Shown: piece by piece, positions 25,752 to 36,668 of the stretch
How the letters are laid out: every line of letters begins with the position of its first letter
Position numbering within the stretch: position 1 is the first letter of the stretch
Virus record (IMG/VR): IMGVR_UViG_3300034105_002625
Location: 25,437 to 89,436 of that record
Length of the DNA: 64,000 bases
Strand: one strand, 5' to 3'
DNA from: a virus
Taxonomy: Duplodnaviria; Heunggongvirae; Uroviricota; Caudoviricetes
The notes under the pieces: generated by a model
The model's input: the letters and a program-made list of their open reading frames with translations, nothing else
Told to the model about the DNA's origin: nothing
Databases searched by the model: none
Translations under genes and position numbers: made by a program

Positions 25752-26045
25752 ATGACGTTACAGGAACTAATTACTTTAGCAGGAGATAGAGATCTATCAA
25801 AATCATATCCAAAAGCAGATGGCCTTTACATCTGGGATTATAAATTACAATTCAATCAGGACTTTGAATTAGACTTAGTACTAATACCAAGCGATTCAGG
25901 AAAGACAGGATTCAAAGACAAAGTGTCAATTCAGGAGTTGGTAACCTATACATTAGGTGAACACAGTCAGGAACTCTCATCAGAACAAATATTATCGGAA
26001 TTACAAATTGTAGGTGTTGAAGGTATAACAGTAGCAAAAGTATAA
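25752..26045 (+). CDS. hypothetical protein
   Basis: 97 aa ORF. Confidence 0.3.
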   Translation: MTLQELITLAGDRDLSKSYPKADGLYIWDYKLQFNQDFELDLVLIPSDSGKTGFKDKVSIQELVTYTLGEHSQELSSEQILSELQIVGVEGITVAKV

Positions 26046-26046
26046 C

Positions 26047-26625
26047 ATGAAAAAGTTTTTATTATTACTTTTACTTCCGCTAATAGGCTTTGGACAACTA
26101 AGAGATAGCATTTACGTAAAGACAGACATCTACGAAGTAATGTACTCTGAAACATTGGAACAACCATTATGGGTAAAGTATACAGTGGCTTGTACCGGAG
26201 CAGGAGCATCTAGAAAAGGAATGGACTTTTATACAGATAAAACAATCCATACCTCAGATGCAAAAGATTATGCATTCAATGTTTACGATAAAGGACATTG
26301 TGCACCTGCAGCAGATTTTAATTGTACTAGAGAGATGTTATTTAAAACATTCTCATATTTGAACTGCACCCTTCAGAACGAAAGATTAAACAGAGTGCAT
26401 TGGAGATTGTTGGAAGATTATGAAAGATTACTAGCATATACCGAAGGACCAGTCAATGTTGAAATAAAAATAGTATTTGACAAAAGTCCCAAGAGAGTAC
26501 CTGCAGGTGCAGCTATCCCTACCGCTTTCTATAAAATTATTAAAACAAAGAATAAGTCACTTAAGTTTTTCTTTAAGAATGAACAACCAACCAAGCCGAC
26601 GTTTGTCGACTATCAAATCAAATAG
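26047..26625 (+). CDS. secreted DNA/RNA non-specific endonuclease (Serratia NUC / EndoG family)
   Basis: 192 aa; signal peptide MKKFLLLLLLPLIGFG; active-site-like YDKGHCAPAADF (cf. DRGH motif). Confidence 0.55.
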   Translation: MKKFLLLLLLPLIGFGQLRDSIYVKTDIYEVMYSETLEQPLWVKYTVACTGAGASRKGMDFYTDKTIHTSDAKDYAFNVYDKGHCAPAADFNCTREMLFKTFSYLNCTLQNERLNRVHWRLLEDYERLLAYTEGPVNVEIKIVFDKSPKRVPAGAAIPTAFYKIIKTKNKSLKFFFKNEQPTKPTFVDYQIK

Positions 26626-26627
26626 TT

Positions 26628-27023
26628 ATGGCATTAAAAATAGGAAATAAGATATTCATAAGCTGGGATGATATGAACATCCTAGTTGATGAACTCTGCA
26701 GTACGATTTCAAAATCAGGAGCAGAAATTAAATCAATTACAGGAATTGAAAGAGGAGGATTAATACCAGCGGTAATGATCTCACATAAGCTAAACATTCC
26801 TTATGTAACGAAAATCAATAAGTATACTCTTGTTGTAGATGATATTTGTGATACCGGAGAGACGTTAAAAAAGACTGTAGCAGGTTTTACAGCAACACTT
26901 CATTATAAGAAGACAGCAATCTTTACACCGGACTTCTATTCAAAAGAAGTAGGAACAGAGTGGATTGTTTACCCTTGGGAAAGAAATGACTCAGAAACTA
27001 TTCAAGATTATTTGAAAAAATAG
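26628..27023 (+). CDS. small type-I phosphoribosyltransferase (xanthine-guanine PRT / Gpt-like)
   Basis: 131 aa; PRPP-binding motif LVVDDICDTGETL; IERGGLIPA region resembles Gpt. Confidence 0.6.
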   Translation: MALKIGNKIFISWDDMNILVDELCSTISKSGAEIKSITGIERGGLIPAVMISHKLNIPYVTKINKYTLVVDDICDTGETLKKTVAGFTATLHYKKTAIFTPDFYSKEVGTEWIVYPWERNDSETIQDYLKK

Positions 27024-27094
27024 TTGTAGGATAGAATAAAAAATGTTATATTAAATAAAACGGAGTCGTAGAACCTCCATAAAAACAATCTTAT

Positions 27095-27805
27095 ATGTCA
27101 AATAAAAAATTTATCGACGGTACAGAATTAGTACAAGCCGGATTCGCTAATGGTATTTCATCTCAATTAGCTAAAAAACAATTAACAGATGGTCCAGAGG
27201 CAAGACTAACTGAAGTAGAAAAGCAACACATAATCGAAGATGCAGCAGAAGCATTTGGTAACTTCTTAACAGCTTTAGGTACTGATTGGAAGAATGATCC
27301 AAATTCATCTGATACTCCAAAGAGAGTTGCAAAGGCTTATGTAAATGATCTATGGGCAGGAAGGTATGCACCACTTACTCAAATCACAGCATTTCCTTCA
27401 GATGGATATGATGGAATAGTTCAAGAGAGTAACATACCAGTTACTTCAATGTGTTCACATCACCACCAAACAATCTCCGGAGAGGTAAGCATAGCTTATA
27501 TTCCCTCTAAAGATGGAAAGGTAGTTGGGCTTTCAAAACTAAATAGAATTGTAGAGCAGTTTGCTAGACGTGGAGCAATCCAAGAACAGTTAACAGTTGC
27601 AATTCATAATGCAGTAGATAAAATCTGTGAAGGGAATCTAGGAGTAGCAGTAGCAATCTCAGCAACACATAACTGCGTATCATGTAGAGGAATTAAACAT
27701 CAAGGAGCTTCAATGCAAACAGCAAAGCTAACAGGATGTTTCTTAGAAGAAGATTCAGCAAGAGCAGAATTCTATTCAAATATTAAACTCGGAAAAAATA
27801 ACTAA
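27095..27805 (+). CDS. folE: GTP cyclohydrolase I
   Basis: 236 aa; MCSHHHQ (cf. CEHH) and HNCVSCRGIKHQG (cf. HxCMxxRGV) signature motifs. Confidence 0.85.
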   Translation: MSNKKFIDGTELVQAGFANGISSQLAKKQLTDGPEARLTEVEKQHIIEDAAEAFGNFLTALGTDWKNDPNSSDTPKRVAKAYVNDLWAGRYAPLTQITAFPSDGYDGIVQESNIPVTSMCSHHHQTISGEVSIAYIPSKDGKVVGLSKLNRIVEQFARRGAIQEQLTVAIHNAVDKICEGNLGVAVAISATHNCVSCRGIKHQGASMQTAKLTGCFLEEDSARAEFYSNIKLGKNN

Positions 27806-27816
27806 AATCAAACAAA

Positions 27817-28014
27817 ATGGATTATTGGCAAGTAACAGTGCAATTGGAGCACGAAAACGACAGAGGTCGTATTCAGAAAGTAAGAGAACTTTATTTAGTA
27901 GATGCAATTTCAGCAACAGAAGCTGAAGCTAAAATCTATGTAGAGTTCGAAGGAGAGTCTAACTTCACAGTAGTAGGAGTTAATCAATCTAAAATATTAA
28001 AAGTATTGGAATAA
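27817..28014 (+). CDS. hypothetical protein
   Basis: 65 aa ORF. Confidence 0.25.
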   Translation: MDYWQVTVQLEHENDRGRIQKVRELYLVDAISATEAEAKIYVEFEGESNFTVVGVNQSKILKVLE

Positions 28015-28018
28015 AAAG

Positions 28019-28040
28019 TTGGACCTTCGGGTCCAATTTC
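28019..28040 (+). terminator. rho-independent terminator
   Basis: TTGGACC-TTCG-GGTCCAA perfect hairpin + TTT. Confidence 0.5.
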
Positions 28041-28053
28041 TTATATTAATAAA
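28037..28053 (+). promoter_or_regulatory. promoter box variant TTTCTTATATTAATAAA
   Basis: box 14 nt upstream of ATG 28067. Confidence 0.35.
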
Positions 28054-28066
28054 AAAGTAAAAAGTT

Positions 28067-28591
28067 ATGATAACAGATCCAAAAGTACCTTTTATTGATG
28101 AGGTAGAAGAGTTTAATGCCGTAATGGGCAAACCTAACAACTATGAACCAACTATCCCCGAAAGAAAAGAATGGGAGTTTGTATACAATTTCATCCTTGA
28201 GGAATTGGAAGAATATAGAGAAGCTTGCGAAAGAGGAGACATCGTTGAGGTTTTGGATGCTTTGTGCGATATTGCTTATGTTTCCCTTGGGAACGGTACT
28301 ATGTTACATGGCCTTAAGGATAAGATATGGCCAGCATATCAAGAAGTACAGGCATCAAATATGTCTAAAGCTTGCAAAACAGAAGACGAAGCTTTACAGA
28401 CTGTCATTAAGAGAGCGCTCGAACAGAATGAAGCATGTCATCATGAAAAAGTTGGAGACTATTATATCGTCTATAGAACAAGAGATAGAAAAGTAATGAA
28501 GAACGTTAACTATTTCCGTCCGGACTTAAAACAATTCTTTACAGATAAAGAACTTCAGAAGTCATATTTAAAACAACTAACAGGAGAGTAG
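28067..28591 (+). CDS. MazG-like all-alpha nucleoside triphosphate pyrophosphohydrolase
   Basis: 174 aa; acidic helix pattern E-x2-EE-x2-EA…D-x2-E…D typical of phage MazG-like NTP-PPases. Confidence 0.45.
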   Translation: MITDPKVPFIDEVEEFNAVMGKPNNYEPTIPERKEWEFVYNFILEELEEYREACERGDIVEVLDALCDIAYVSLGNGTMLHGLKDKIWPAYQEVQASNMSKACKTEDEALQTVIKRALEQNEACHHEKVGDYYIVYRTRDRKVMKNVNYFRPDLKQFFTDKELQKSYLKQLTGE

Positions 28592-28592
28592 T

Positions 28593-28790
28593 ATGCAAAA
28601 AGCATTAGACCATTTAGAGAAGCATAAAGTCTTTATTGAGACTTTAGGAACAGATATGATACCTTTATCGGAAGCTTACAAGGCAGTGGAGTTATCAATC
28701 GATGAACAATTACAGGACACTTTATCTTTACTACAGGAACAACTCGGAGGATTGACAGAAGAACTAGAAATACCAGAAGAAAATGATTAA
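28593..28790 (+). CDS. hypothetical acidic protein
   Basis: 65 aa ORF. Confidence 0.25.
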   Translation: MQKALDHLEKHKVFIETLGTDMIPLSEAYKAVELSIDEQLQDTLSLLQEQLGGLTEELEIPEEND

Positions 28791-29577
28791 GATAGCTCAC
28801 GAATCACCAAAAAGCATATTCAAACAGGTACAGAGTGTAACTGACTATGACTATGCACTTGTACATTTATTTGAAGAAGATCCTGAATACCTACAGCAAT
28901 TTCAAGAGGCAAAGGAAAAAGGAAGAGAGATTATTCTAGATAATTCTATCTTTGAATTAGAAGAAGCTTTTGATGCAGAGAAGTTTGCAGGATGGGTATT
29001 AGAGTTACAACCAGATTGGTATATAGTTCCTGATGCTTTAGAGGATGCAAAGAAGACTTGCTCACAAATGGCAAATTGGATAAACAAATATAAAAATCTT
29101 CCAGGAAAGAAGATAGGAGTTGTTCAAGGAACAACCTATCAGCAGATTAAATCTTGTTACGAATACATGGATAAGATTGCTGAAGTTGATATGATTGCAA
29201 TTTCATTTGACTATTCTTACTATGTTAAATCAGTTCCGCATCCAAACAAATATGTTTCCTGGATGATGGGTAGAGTAAAACTATTAGGAGATTTATTAAA
29301 GGATGGAATAATAAATGAGAATAAGAAGCATCACTTATTAGGATGCGGATTACCTCAAGAGTTTGCTTTCTATTCAGATTATAAATGGATATACTCTTTA
29401 GATACTTCCAATCCAGTTGTTCACGGAATAAAAGGAATTGAATACAGAGAAGACGGACTATGGTCAAAAGAATCTCAGAAGTTATTTGAATTAATAAATC
29501 ATCAGGTAGAAGATATTAATCCAATACTATATAATATCAATAAGTTCAAATGGTTTACAAATGGAAGCAAAGTATAA
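28783..29577 (+). CDS. dpdA: DpdA-like 7-deazaguanine DNA transglycosylase (tRNA-guanine transglycosylase superfamily, no zinc site)
   Basis: 264 aa; TGT-like blocks GVVQGTTYQQ (cf. GIVQGG), MIAISFD (cf. GYAIGGL), HLLGCGLP (cf. LMGVGTP), YSLDTSNPV (cf. FDCVLP catalytic Asp); no CxCxxC…H zinc motif. Confidence 0.55.
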   Translation: MIKIAHESPKSIFKQVQSVTDYDYALVHLFEEDPEYLQQFQEAKEKGREIILDNSIFELEEAFDAEKFAGWVLELQPDWYIVPDALEDAKKTCSQMANWINKYKNLPGKKIGVVQGTTYQQIKSCYEYMDKIAEVDMIAISFDYSYYVKSVPHPNKYVSWMMGRVKLLGDLLKDGIINENKKHHLLGCGLPQEFAFYSDYKWIYSLDTSNPVVHGIKGIEYREDGLWSKESQKLFELINHQVEDINPILYNINKFKWFTNGSKV

Positions 29578-29729
29578 AGTAGGACAAAAAGTTGATATTA
29601 ATCGTGATAATGAAATACTAGAAGTACAGATATTCGGACATTTTAAAATGAGAGAAAGAGTACTTTACAGTGTTAGATCAGAAGGAAAGTTTCACGTAAT
29701 AGAAGAATCAGAAATATTAGAAAGAGTAA

Positions 29730-30257
29730 ATGATTAGACCTTGGATAGCATTTTTTAGTCAAACAGGATCAGAGATCGTAGAAGTATCAAAGCTTCTAGG
29801 AAGATGGCCTGATATGATAGTAACAAACGAAAGACCAGAACATCTTAGAAAGATTCATCCGGCTTTAGAGAACAAGCATTTAATCTTCGTAGATAATAAA
29901 CCTTCAGAAGAAGAATTAGGACTAATATTAGGTCACTATAAAGAACCTTTAGTAACTCTTCATGGATGGTTAAGAGTTATGCCTCCGGATATCTGTAATA
30001 GGTTTGAAATCTATAATGGACATCCAGGACTTATAACTGAACATCCAGAACTAAAAGGAAAAGATCCACAACAAAAAGCTTTTGACTTAGGATTAGAATC
30101 TTCCGGATGTGTTATTCATAGAGTAACAGAAGGAGTTGATGAAGGAGAGATACTTCGAAGTAGAAAAGTTTCTATAAAAGGGTTGGAAATAGGAGAATTA
30201 TTTCATATCTTACATAGTATATCAGTAAGTCTTTGGGTAGACTTCTTAAAAAATTAG
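29730..30257 (+). CDS. formyltransferase (PurN / Fmt catalytic-domain family)
   Basis: 175 aa; N-x-HPGL (YNGHPGLITEHPELKGKD) and downstream catalytic Asp (EGVDEGEIL) match the formyl_trans_N fold. Confidence 0.6.
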   Translation: MIRPWIAFFSQTGSEIVEVSKLLGRWPDMIVTNERPEHLRKIHPALENKHLIFVDNKPSEEELGLILGHYKEPLVTLHGWLRVMPPDICNRFEIYNGHPGLITEHPELKGKDPQQKAFDLGLESSGCVIHRVTEGVDEGEILRSRKVSIKGLEIGELFHILHSISVSLWVDFLKN

Positions 30258-30259
30258 TT

Positions 30260-30784
30260 ATGAAAAGAATAGCATTAGTAGGAGCATCATCAGTAGGTAA
30301 GACTACGGTATATGAATTACTTAAAAGTAAATTACCTGAGTATGATTTCATAAATGAATCAACAAGAACGGTTGGTAAATTTGGATTTCCTATTAATGAA
30401 GCAGGAACTTCTGAAACACAGCTTGCTATTTCTTCTTTCCATTTAGAAGCTCTATTAGCTCCTAAGGATGTAATCTTAGATAGATGTTATTTGGATTTGG
30501 TAGTATACTCTACTTATATGGATAAGTTATCTACTAGCGCATATGATTACATATTAGATACTTGGGTAAGAGTTAGGCATCAGTATACACATTTTATTTA
30601 CTTCCCTATCGAATTTGCATCAGTAGACGATGGAGTAAGAAGTGTAAACGAAGAATGGAGAGAGGCAATTGATAAGCAGTTTGAAATTAACTTAAAAGCA
30701 ATTAAATTTGCTGGAGGAGATTATTTAACAGTAACAGGAAGTCCTAATCAAAGAGTTGAACAAATATTAAACTACATAAAATAA
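30260..30784 (+). CDS. P-loop NTPase / small-molecule kinase-like protein
   Basis: Walker A ALVGASSVGKTT; start adjusted to Met 30260 (MKRIALVG). Confidence 0.5.
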   Translation: MKRIALVGASSVGKTTVYELLKSKLPEYDFINESTRTVGKFGFPINEAGTSETQLAISSFHLEALLAPKDVILDRCYLDLVVYSTYMDKLSTSAYDYILDTWVRVRHQYTHFIYFPIEFASVDDGVRSVNEEWREAIDKQFEINLKAIKFAGGDYLTVTGSPNQRVEQILNYIK

Positions 30785-30785
30785 T

Positions 30786-31712
30786 ATGACACAAGAATTA
30801 AATCAAGCAGAAGTTGTAAAGATTGCAGGAAAGCATCTAGGACAAGTAGGTGGAGCAGGTTATAGCGATACTTATGATCCAAGCCTATTGGTAGAAATTC
30901 CACGTTACTTGAATAGAGAAGCGTATGGAATTGATGATAACAGTTTACCATTCGTGGGAGGAGATGTATGGAATGCATACGAAGTATCTGCAATTACTAC
31001 AAAAGGACTTCCAGTTGTTGGAATGTTAAAGATTTGGTATCCAGCAGATTCAAAACTTCACGTAGAGTCTAAATCAATTAAATTGTATTTGAATTCATTC
31101 AATATGACTCAATTGGGAGAAACAGATCATGAATGTATCAAGTTACTAAAACAAAGAGTAAAGAAAGACTTATCTGACTTACTACAAACAAAAGTACAGG
31201 TAGAGATGTTTACCTCAGAGCATTCTCCAAGCTATGCCTTCAAAGGATATGCACCACTAGATGCTTTAGTAGATCTAAATGCAATTGAATTTACTTCTTA
31301 CCATTCAGACGCTACACAATTGGAAACAGAAGAAGTAGATGAGGATGTTGAAATAGGAGAAATAAAAGTACAATCAAATCTTTTAAGATCAAATTGTAGA
31401 GTAACAAATCAACCAGACTGGGGTGATGTATTTATTCACATCAAGCCTAAAGCAGGAGTTGTTCCTAATCTACAATCACTAGCAAAATATATTGTAAGTC
31501 ATAGACAAGTAAGTCACTTCCATGAAGAGATTTGTGAAATGATCTACATGCACTTAAAAGAAGCTTACAATCCAGAAGAATTAATGGTAGCTTGTCTTTA
31601 CACTCGTAGAGGAGGATTAGATATTAATCCAATTAGAGCTTCACATAAGAAACTAATACCAGGATTCTTTACAGACATTACTTGTAGAATGGCTAAAACA
31701 TTACGTCAATAA
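30786..31712 (+). CDS. queF: QueF-type NADPH-dependent 7-cyano-7-deazaguanine (preQ0) reductase, bimodular type
   Basis: 308 aa; QueF motif ESKSIKLYL and catalytic-Cys block CRVTNQPDWGDV. Confidence 0.65.
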   Translation: MTQELNQAEVVKIAGKHLGQVGGAGYSDTYDPSLLVEIPRYLNREAYGIDDNSLPFVGGDVWNAYEVSAITTKGLPVVGMLKIWYPADSKLHVESKSIKLYLNSFNMTQLGETDHECIKLLKQRVKKDLSDLLQTKVQVEMFTSEHSPSYAFKGYAPLDALVDLNAIEFTSYHSDATQLETEEVDEDVEIGEIKVQSNLLRSNCRVTNQPDWGDVFIHIKPKAGVVPNLQSLAKYIVSHRQVSHFHEEICEMIYMHLKEAYNPEELMVACLYTRRGGLDINPIRASHKKLIPGFFTDITCRMAKTLRQ

Positions 31713-31993
31713 TGTCAGAAGGTAGGCAGATAACTGAAATGCGATTCAGAGTAATTGCAAAAAGAGAAGCTCCAGGAGATAGATGGAGACTAGTAGATGA
31801 TAATCATAAACCTTCTGGAGAGATCATAGAAGGTTTAGTTGAGACTTTGTCAGCTTACATGAAAAAAACCGGACACAAAGAAGGTTATCGATTGGAGCCT
31901 TTGAGAGGAACTTTGATGGCAATAGAGTGGGCAGAGCCAGAAGCAGTAATACCACCACCTCCAAAAACTTATGATCTTTACGGGGAATTTTAA
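31712..31993 (+). CDS. hypothetical protein
   Basis: 93 aa ORF. Confidence 0.3.
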   Translation: MSEGRQITEMRFRVIAKREAPGDRWRLVDDNHKPSGEIIEGLVETLSAYMKKTGHKEGYRLEPLRGTLMAIEWAEPEAVIPPPPKTYDLYGEF

Positions 31994-32000
31994 TACAAAA

Positions 32001-32024
32001 GAGTTGTTTAATCGCAACTCTTTT
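32001..32024 (+). terminator. rho-independent terminator
   Basis: GAGTTG-TTTAATCG-CAACTC hairpin + TTTT. Confidence 0.45.
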
Positions 32025-32040
32025 CTTATCTTTATAGTAT
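32023..32040 (+). promoter_or_regulatory. promoter box variant TTCTTATCTTTATAGTAT
   Basis: box 13 nt upstream of DNA polymerase ATG 32053. Confidence 0.4.
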
Positions 32041-32052
32041 ATAAAATCAGTT

Positions 32053-34386
32053 ATGCAAATAGAAAAAAAGTACTACCATGTTGACAGTATCGAGACTGTT
32101 AATCTTCTTATCGAACATATTAATCAGTCAGAGGTTATTGCCTATGATACTGAGACAAGTGGCTTAAATGTTAGAAAAGGATCTATCGTAGGATGGTCCA
32201 TATCAGGAGAAGAAGGAATAGGATTTTATCTCCCTACTCAGAAATGGAATACAGAAACAAATCAATTGGAAGAATGTAGTATTGGTGGCAAAGGAGCACA
32301 TGGTATTACTAAAAAGTTACTCCCGCTGCTTAAGGGTAAGAAACTAGTAATGCACAATGCTTCTTTTGACTGCCGTTTTACAAAGAACTATTACGGAGTA
32401 TCTTTATTAGAAGATCTTTGGGTAGATACAGCTCTACTTGTTCATACAGTACAGGAAGAGGGAGCAGGTATGGGAGTATTTGGATTAAAAGCATTAGCAA
32501 TCTCTATTCAGAAAGAGATTGGATTAGATGTACAAGAAGCAGCCAATAAGGAACAAGTAGAGTTAAAAGAATCTATTAAAGCAAACGGAGGATCAACCAC
32601 GAAAGACCTCTATGAAATTTTCAAAGCAGATATGGCAATTCTGTCAAAGTATGCTGCAGCCGATACAGATTTAACCCTCAGGGTTTGTAATCACTTCCTA
32701 AAAGTGTTAAAGGCGGAAGGATTAGAGAAATTCTTCTTTGAAGAAGAAGTAATGCCTCTTTATAGAGAAGTAACTATTCCAATGGAAGAGTTAGGAGTAG
32801 CATTAGATCTTCCACTACTGGAAAAGACTAAAGAGGATATTACAAATGATTTACAGTCAAATAAAAAGATTGTAATCGATAGCATTTTAAGTATTCCAGA
32901 GGCCAAGGAATGGGTAGTCGATACAGCACTATATACTTATCCACCTTCGCATAAAGGAAACTGGGCACAGAATTTAATTATGCTTCATTCACTTCCCCTA
33001 GAAAGAAGCGAGAAGACTAGAAAGTATTCTTTAACTAAGAAAGCTATTGACGAATTAGATGAGAGTAACATAAAACAATTTCTACTAACAGGAGATTTAT
33101 CTCTACTAGACGAAATGGAAGTTGTTAGAATCTCTATGTCAATGTGGAAGGAAGACAATGAAGGAGACTATTTGAATATACAATCAAAGAAACACTTAGG
33201 TGAGATTGCATTTAAGTATATGGGAATTAAACCTCTTACTCAGACTAAAAAAGGACAAGATCAATTCGATATGGATATGTTAGAGGAACTAGCCAAGACA
33301 TATGAATGGGCAAATAATCTTAGAACATATAATAAGTTACTAAAGATTAAATCAACCTACATCGATAGATTCCTAGACGGTCAAGAAGACGGAAGATACT
33401 ATTTCTATTATAAGCAGCATGGTACAGTATCAGGACGATATGGTTCAGATGCACAACAATTACCTAAACCTAAAGAAGAAGGAGAAGATACCCCACTACT
33501 TGTAAAATATACAAATGTAGTAAGAGAGTTCTTAATTGCAGGAGAAGGAAGAAAGTTAATCGATAATGATTATACTTCTCTAGAACCTCACTGCTTTGCT
33601 TCTGTAGCAGGTGATATTAATCTTCAAGAGATCTTTAACAACGGATGGGATTTTTATTCTACTGTTGCCATAAGAACTGAGAAGCTAGATCAAGATAAAG
33701 TAAAGTATCCAAATGGTGTTTCACCTGATACTAAATCTCCTATCTTCTTAAAGAAATTAGATCCAGTAAAAAGAAATCAAGCAAAGGCTTATTCATTAGG
33801 AATTGCATACGGAATGGAAGCATACGCATTGGCTAAAACTCTAGATATATCTCAGAAAGAAGCTGATACTCTTGTAGCAGGTTACCTAGATGGTTTTCCT
33901 CAATTAAAAGAGTGGAGAGTTAATTCTAGAGAGCAAGTAAAACAACATGGGTATATCCAAAATAAAGTAGGACGAATCAGACACTTACCAAAAGTAAAAC
34001 TTATCTTTGAGAAATTTGGAGATCAAGTATTGGATTGGAGATTTAGAAAGAGTCTAGAGAATCAATACGGAAAAGAGCCTGTAATGCAGATGTATAGAGA
34101 TTATCGAAATGGATTGAACAACTGCTTGAATTATCAGCTACAGTCACTAGCAGCGGCGGTTGTGAATAGAGCAGCAGTACAGATCAACAGAAAGGCAAAA
34201 GAGTTAGGAATAGATGCTAGAGTACAGGCACAGATTCATGATCAACTTATCATAAACATTAGAGAAGATCAAGCAGAAATGTTTATGCCTTATGTAAAAG
34301 AGCTAATGGAACTAACAACACAACTTCCAGGAGTAACTCTAAAGGCACCACCACAAATAGCAAATAACTTTGCAGAAGGTCATTAG
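32053..34386 (+). CDS. family-A DNA polymerase (Pol I-like) with 3'-5' exonuclease domain
   Basis: 777 aa; exo motif AYDTETSGL; pol motif A DYTSLEP, motif B RNQAKAYSLGIAYGM, motif C QIHDQLI. Confidence 0.9.
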   Translation: MQIEKKYYHVDSIETVNLLIEHINQSEVIAYDTETSGLNVRKGSIVGWSISGEEGIGFYLPTQKWNTETNQLEECSIGGKGAHGITKKLLPLLKGKKLVMHNASFDCRFTKNYYGVSLLEDLWVDTALLVHTVQEEGAGMGVFGLKALAISIQKEIGLDVQEAANKEQVELKESIKANGGSTTKDLYEIFKADMAILSKYAAADTDLTLRVCNHFLKVLKAEGLEKFFFEEEVMPLYREVTIPMEELGVALDLPLLEKTKEDITNDLQSNKKIVIDSILSIPEAKEWVVDTALYTYPPSHKGNWAQNLIMLHSLPLERSEKTRKYSLTKKAIDELDESNIKQFLLTGDLSLLDEMEVVRISMSMWKEDNEGDYLNIQSKKHLGEIAFKYMGIKPLTQTKKGQDQFDMDMLEELAKTYEWANNLRTYNKLLKIKSTYIDRFLDGQEDGRYYFYYKQHGTVSGRYGSDAQQLPKPKEEGEDTPLLVKYTNVVREFLIAGEGRKLIDNDYTSLEPHCFASVAGDINLQEIFNNGWDFYSTVAIRTEKLDQDKVKYPNGVSPDTKSPIFLKKLDPVKRNQAKAYSLGIAYGMEAYALAKTLDISQKEADTLVAGYLDGFPQLKEWRVNSREQVKQHGYIQNKVGRIRHLPKVKLIFEKFGDQVLDWRFRKSLENQYGKEPVMQMYRDYRNGLNNCLNYQLQSLAAAVVNRAAVQINRKAKELGIDARVQAQIHDQLIINIREDQAEMFMPYVKELMELTTQLPGVTLKAPPQIANNFAEGH

Positions 34387-34408
34387 AAGTTGTTTCCTTA
34401 GATATTTA

Positions 34409-34424
34409 TTCATATATTAATAAA
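34409..34424 (+). promoter_or_regulatory. promoter box variant TTCATATATTAATAAA
   Basis: upstream of groES ATG 34450. Confidence 0.35.
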
Positions 34425-34449
34425 ATAAGTTATAAATTAAAATCAGTTT

Positions 34450-36398
<1,949 letters not shown>

Positions 36399-36421
36399 TA
36401 TTAATTAAACAAATAAAAAAA

Positions 36422-36589
36422 ATGAACAAGCAAGAATTATTCGAACAAATCGATGAATTGTATCAAAGTTTTGTAGCAAGCCATAACGGAACTACTAAAA
36501 AATCACAAGCAGGAGCAAGAAAATCTATTGGAGAGGTTAAGAAATTAATCACGGACTATAGAAAAGCTTCAACAGCAGAGAGTAAATAA
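36422..36589 (+). CDS. small basic protein (55 aa), possible histone-H1-like DNA-binding protein
   Basis: Lys/Ala-rich; ATG 36422 to TAA 36587. Confidence 0.25.
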   Translation: MNKQELFEQIDELYQSFVASHNGTTKKSQAGARKSIGEVKKLITDYRKASTAESK

Positions 36590-36602
36590 GAAGGGACCGA
36601 GA

Positions 36603-36647
36603 GGGGAGGGGGCGTCAAAACCTCCTCACCGAAGGTGTCACGCGCAA
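36603..36647. repeat. GC-rich conserved element copy 1 (GGGGAGGGGGCG … CTCACCGAAGGTGTCACGCGCAA)
   Basis: two blocks identical to copy at 62133-62175; strongly GC-rich in an AT-rich genome. Confidence 0.6.
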
Positions 36648-36668
36648 AATTAACCAATTAACAAACAT

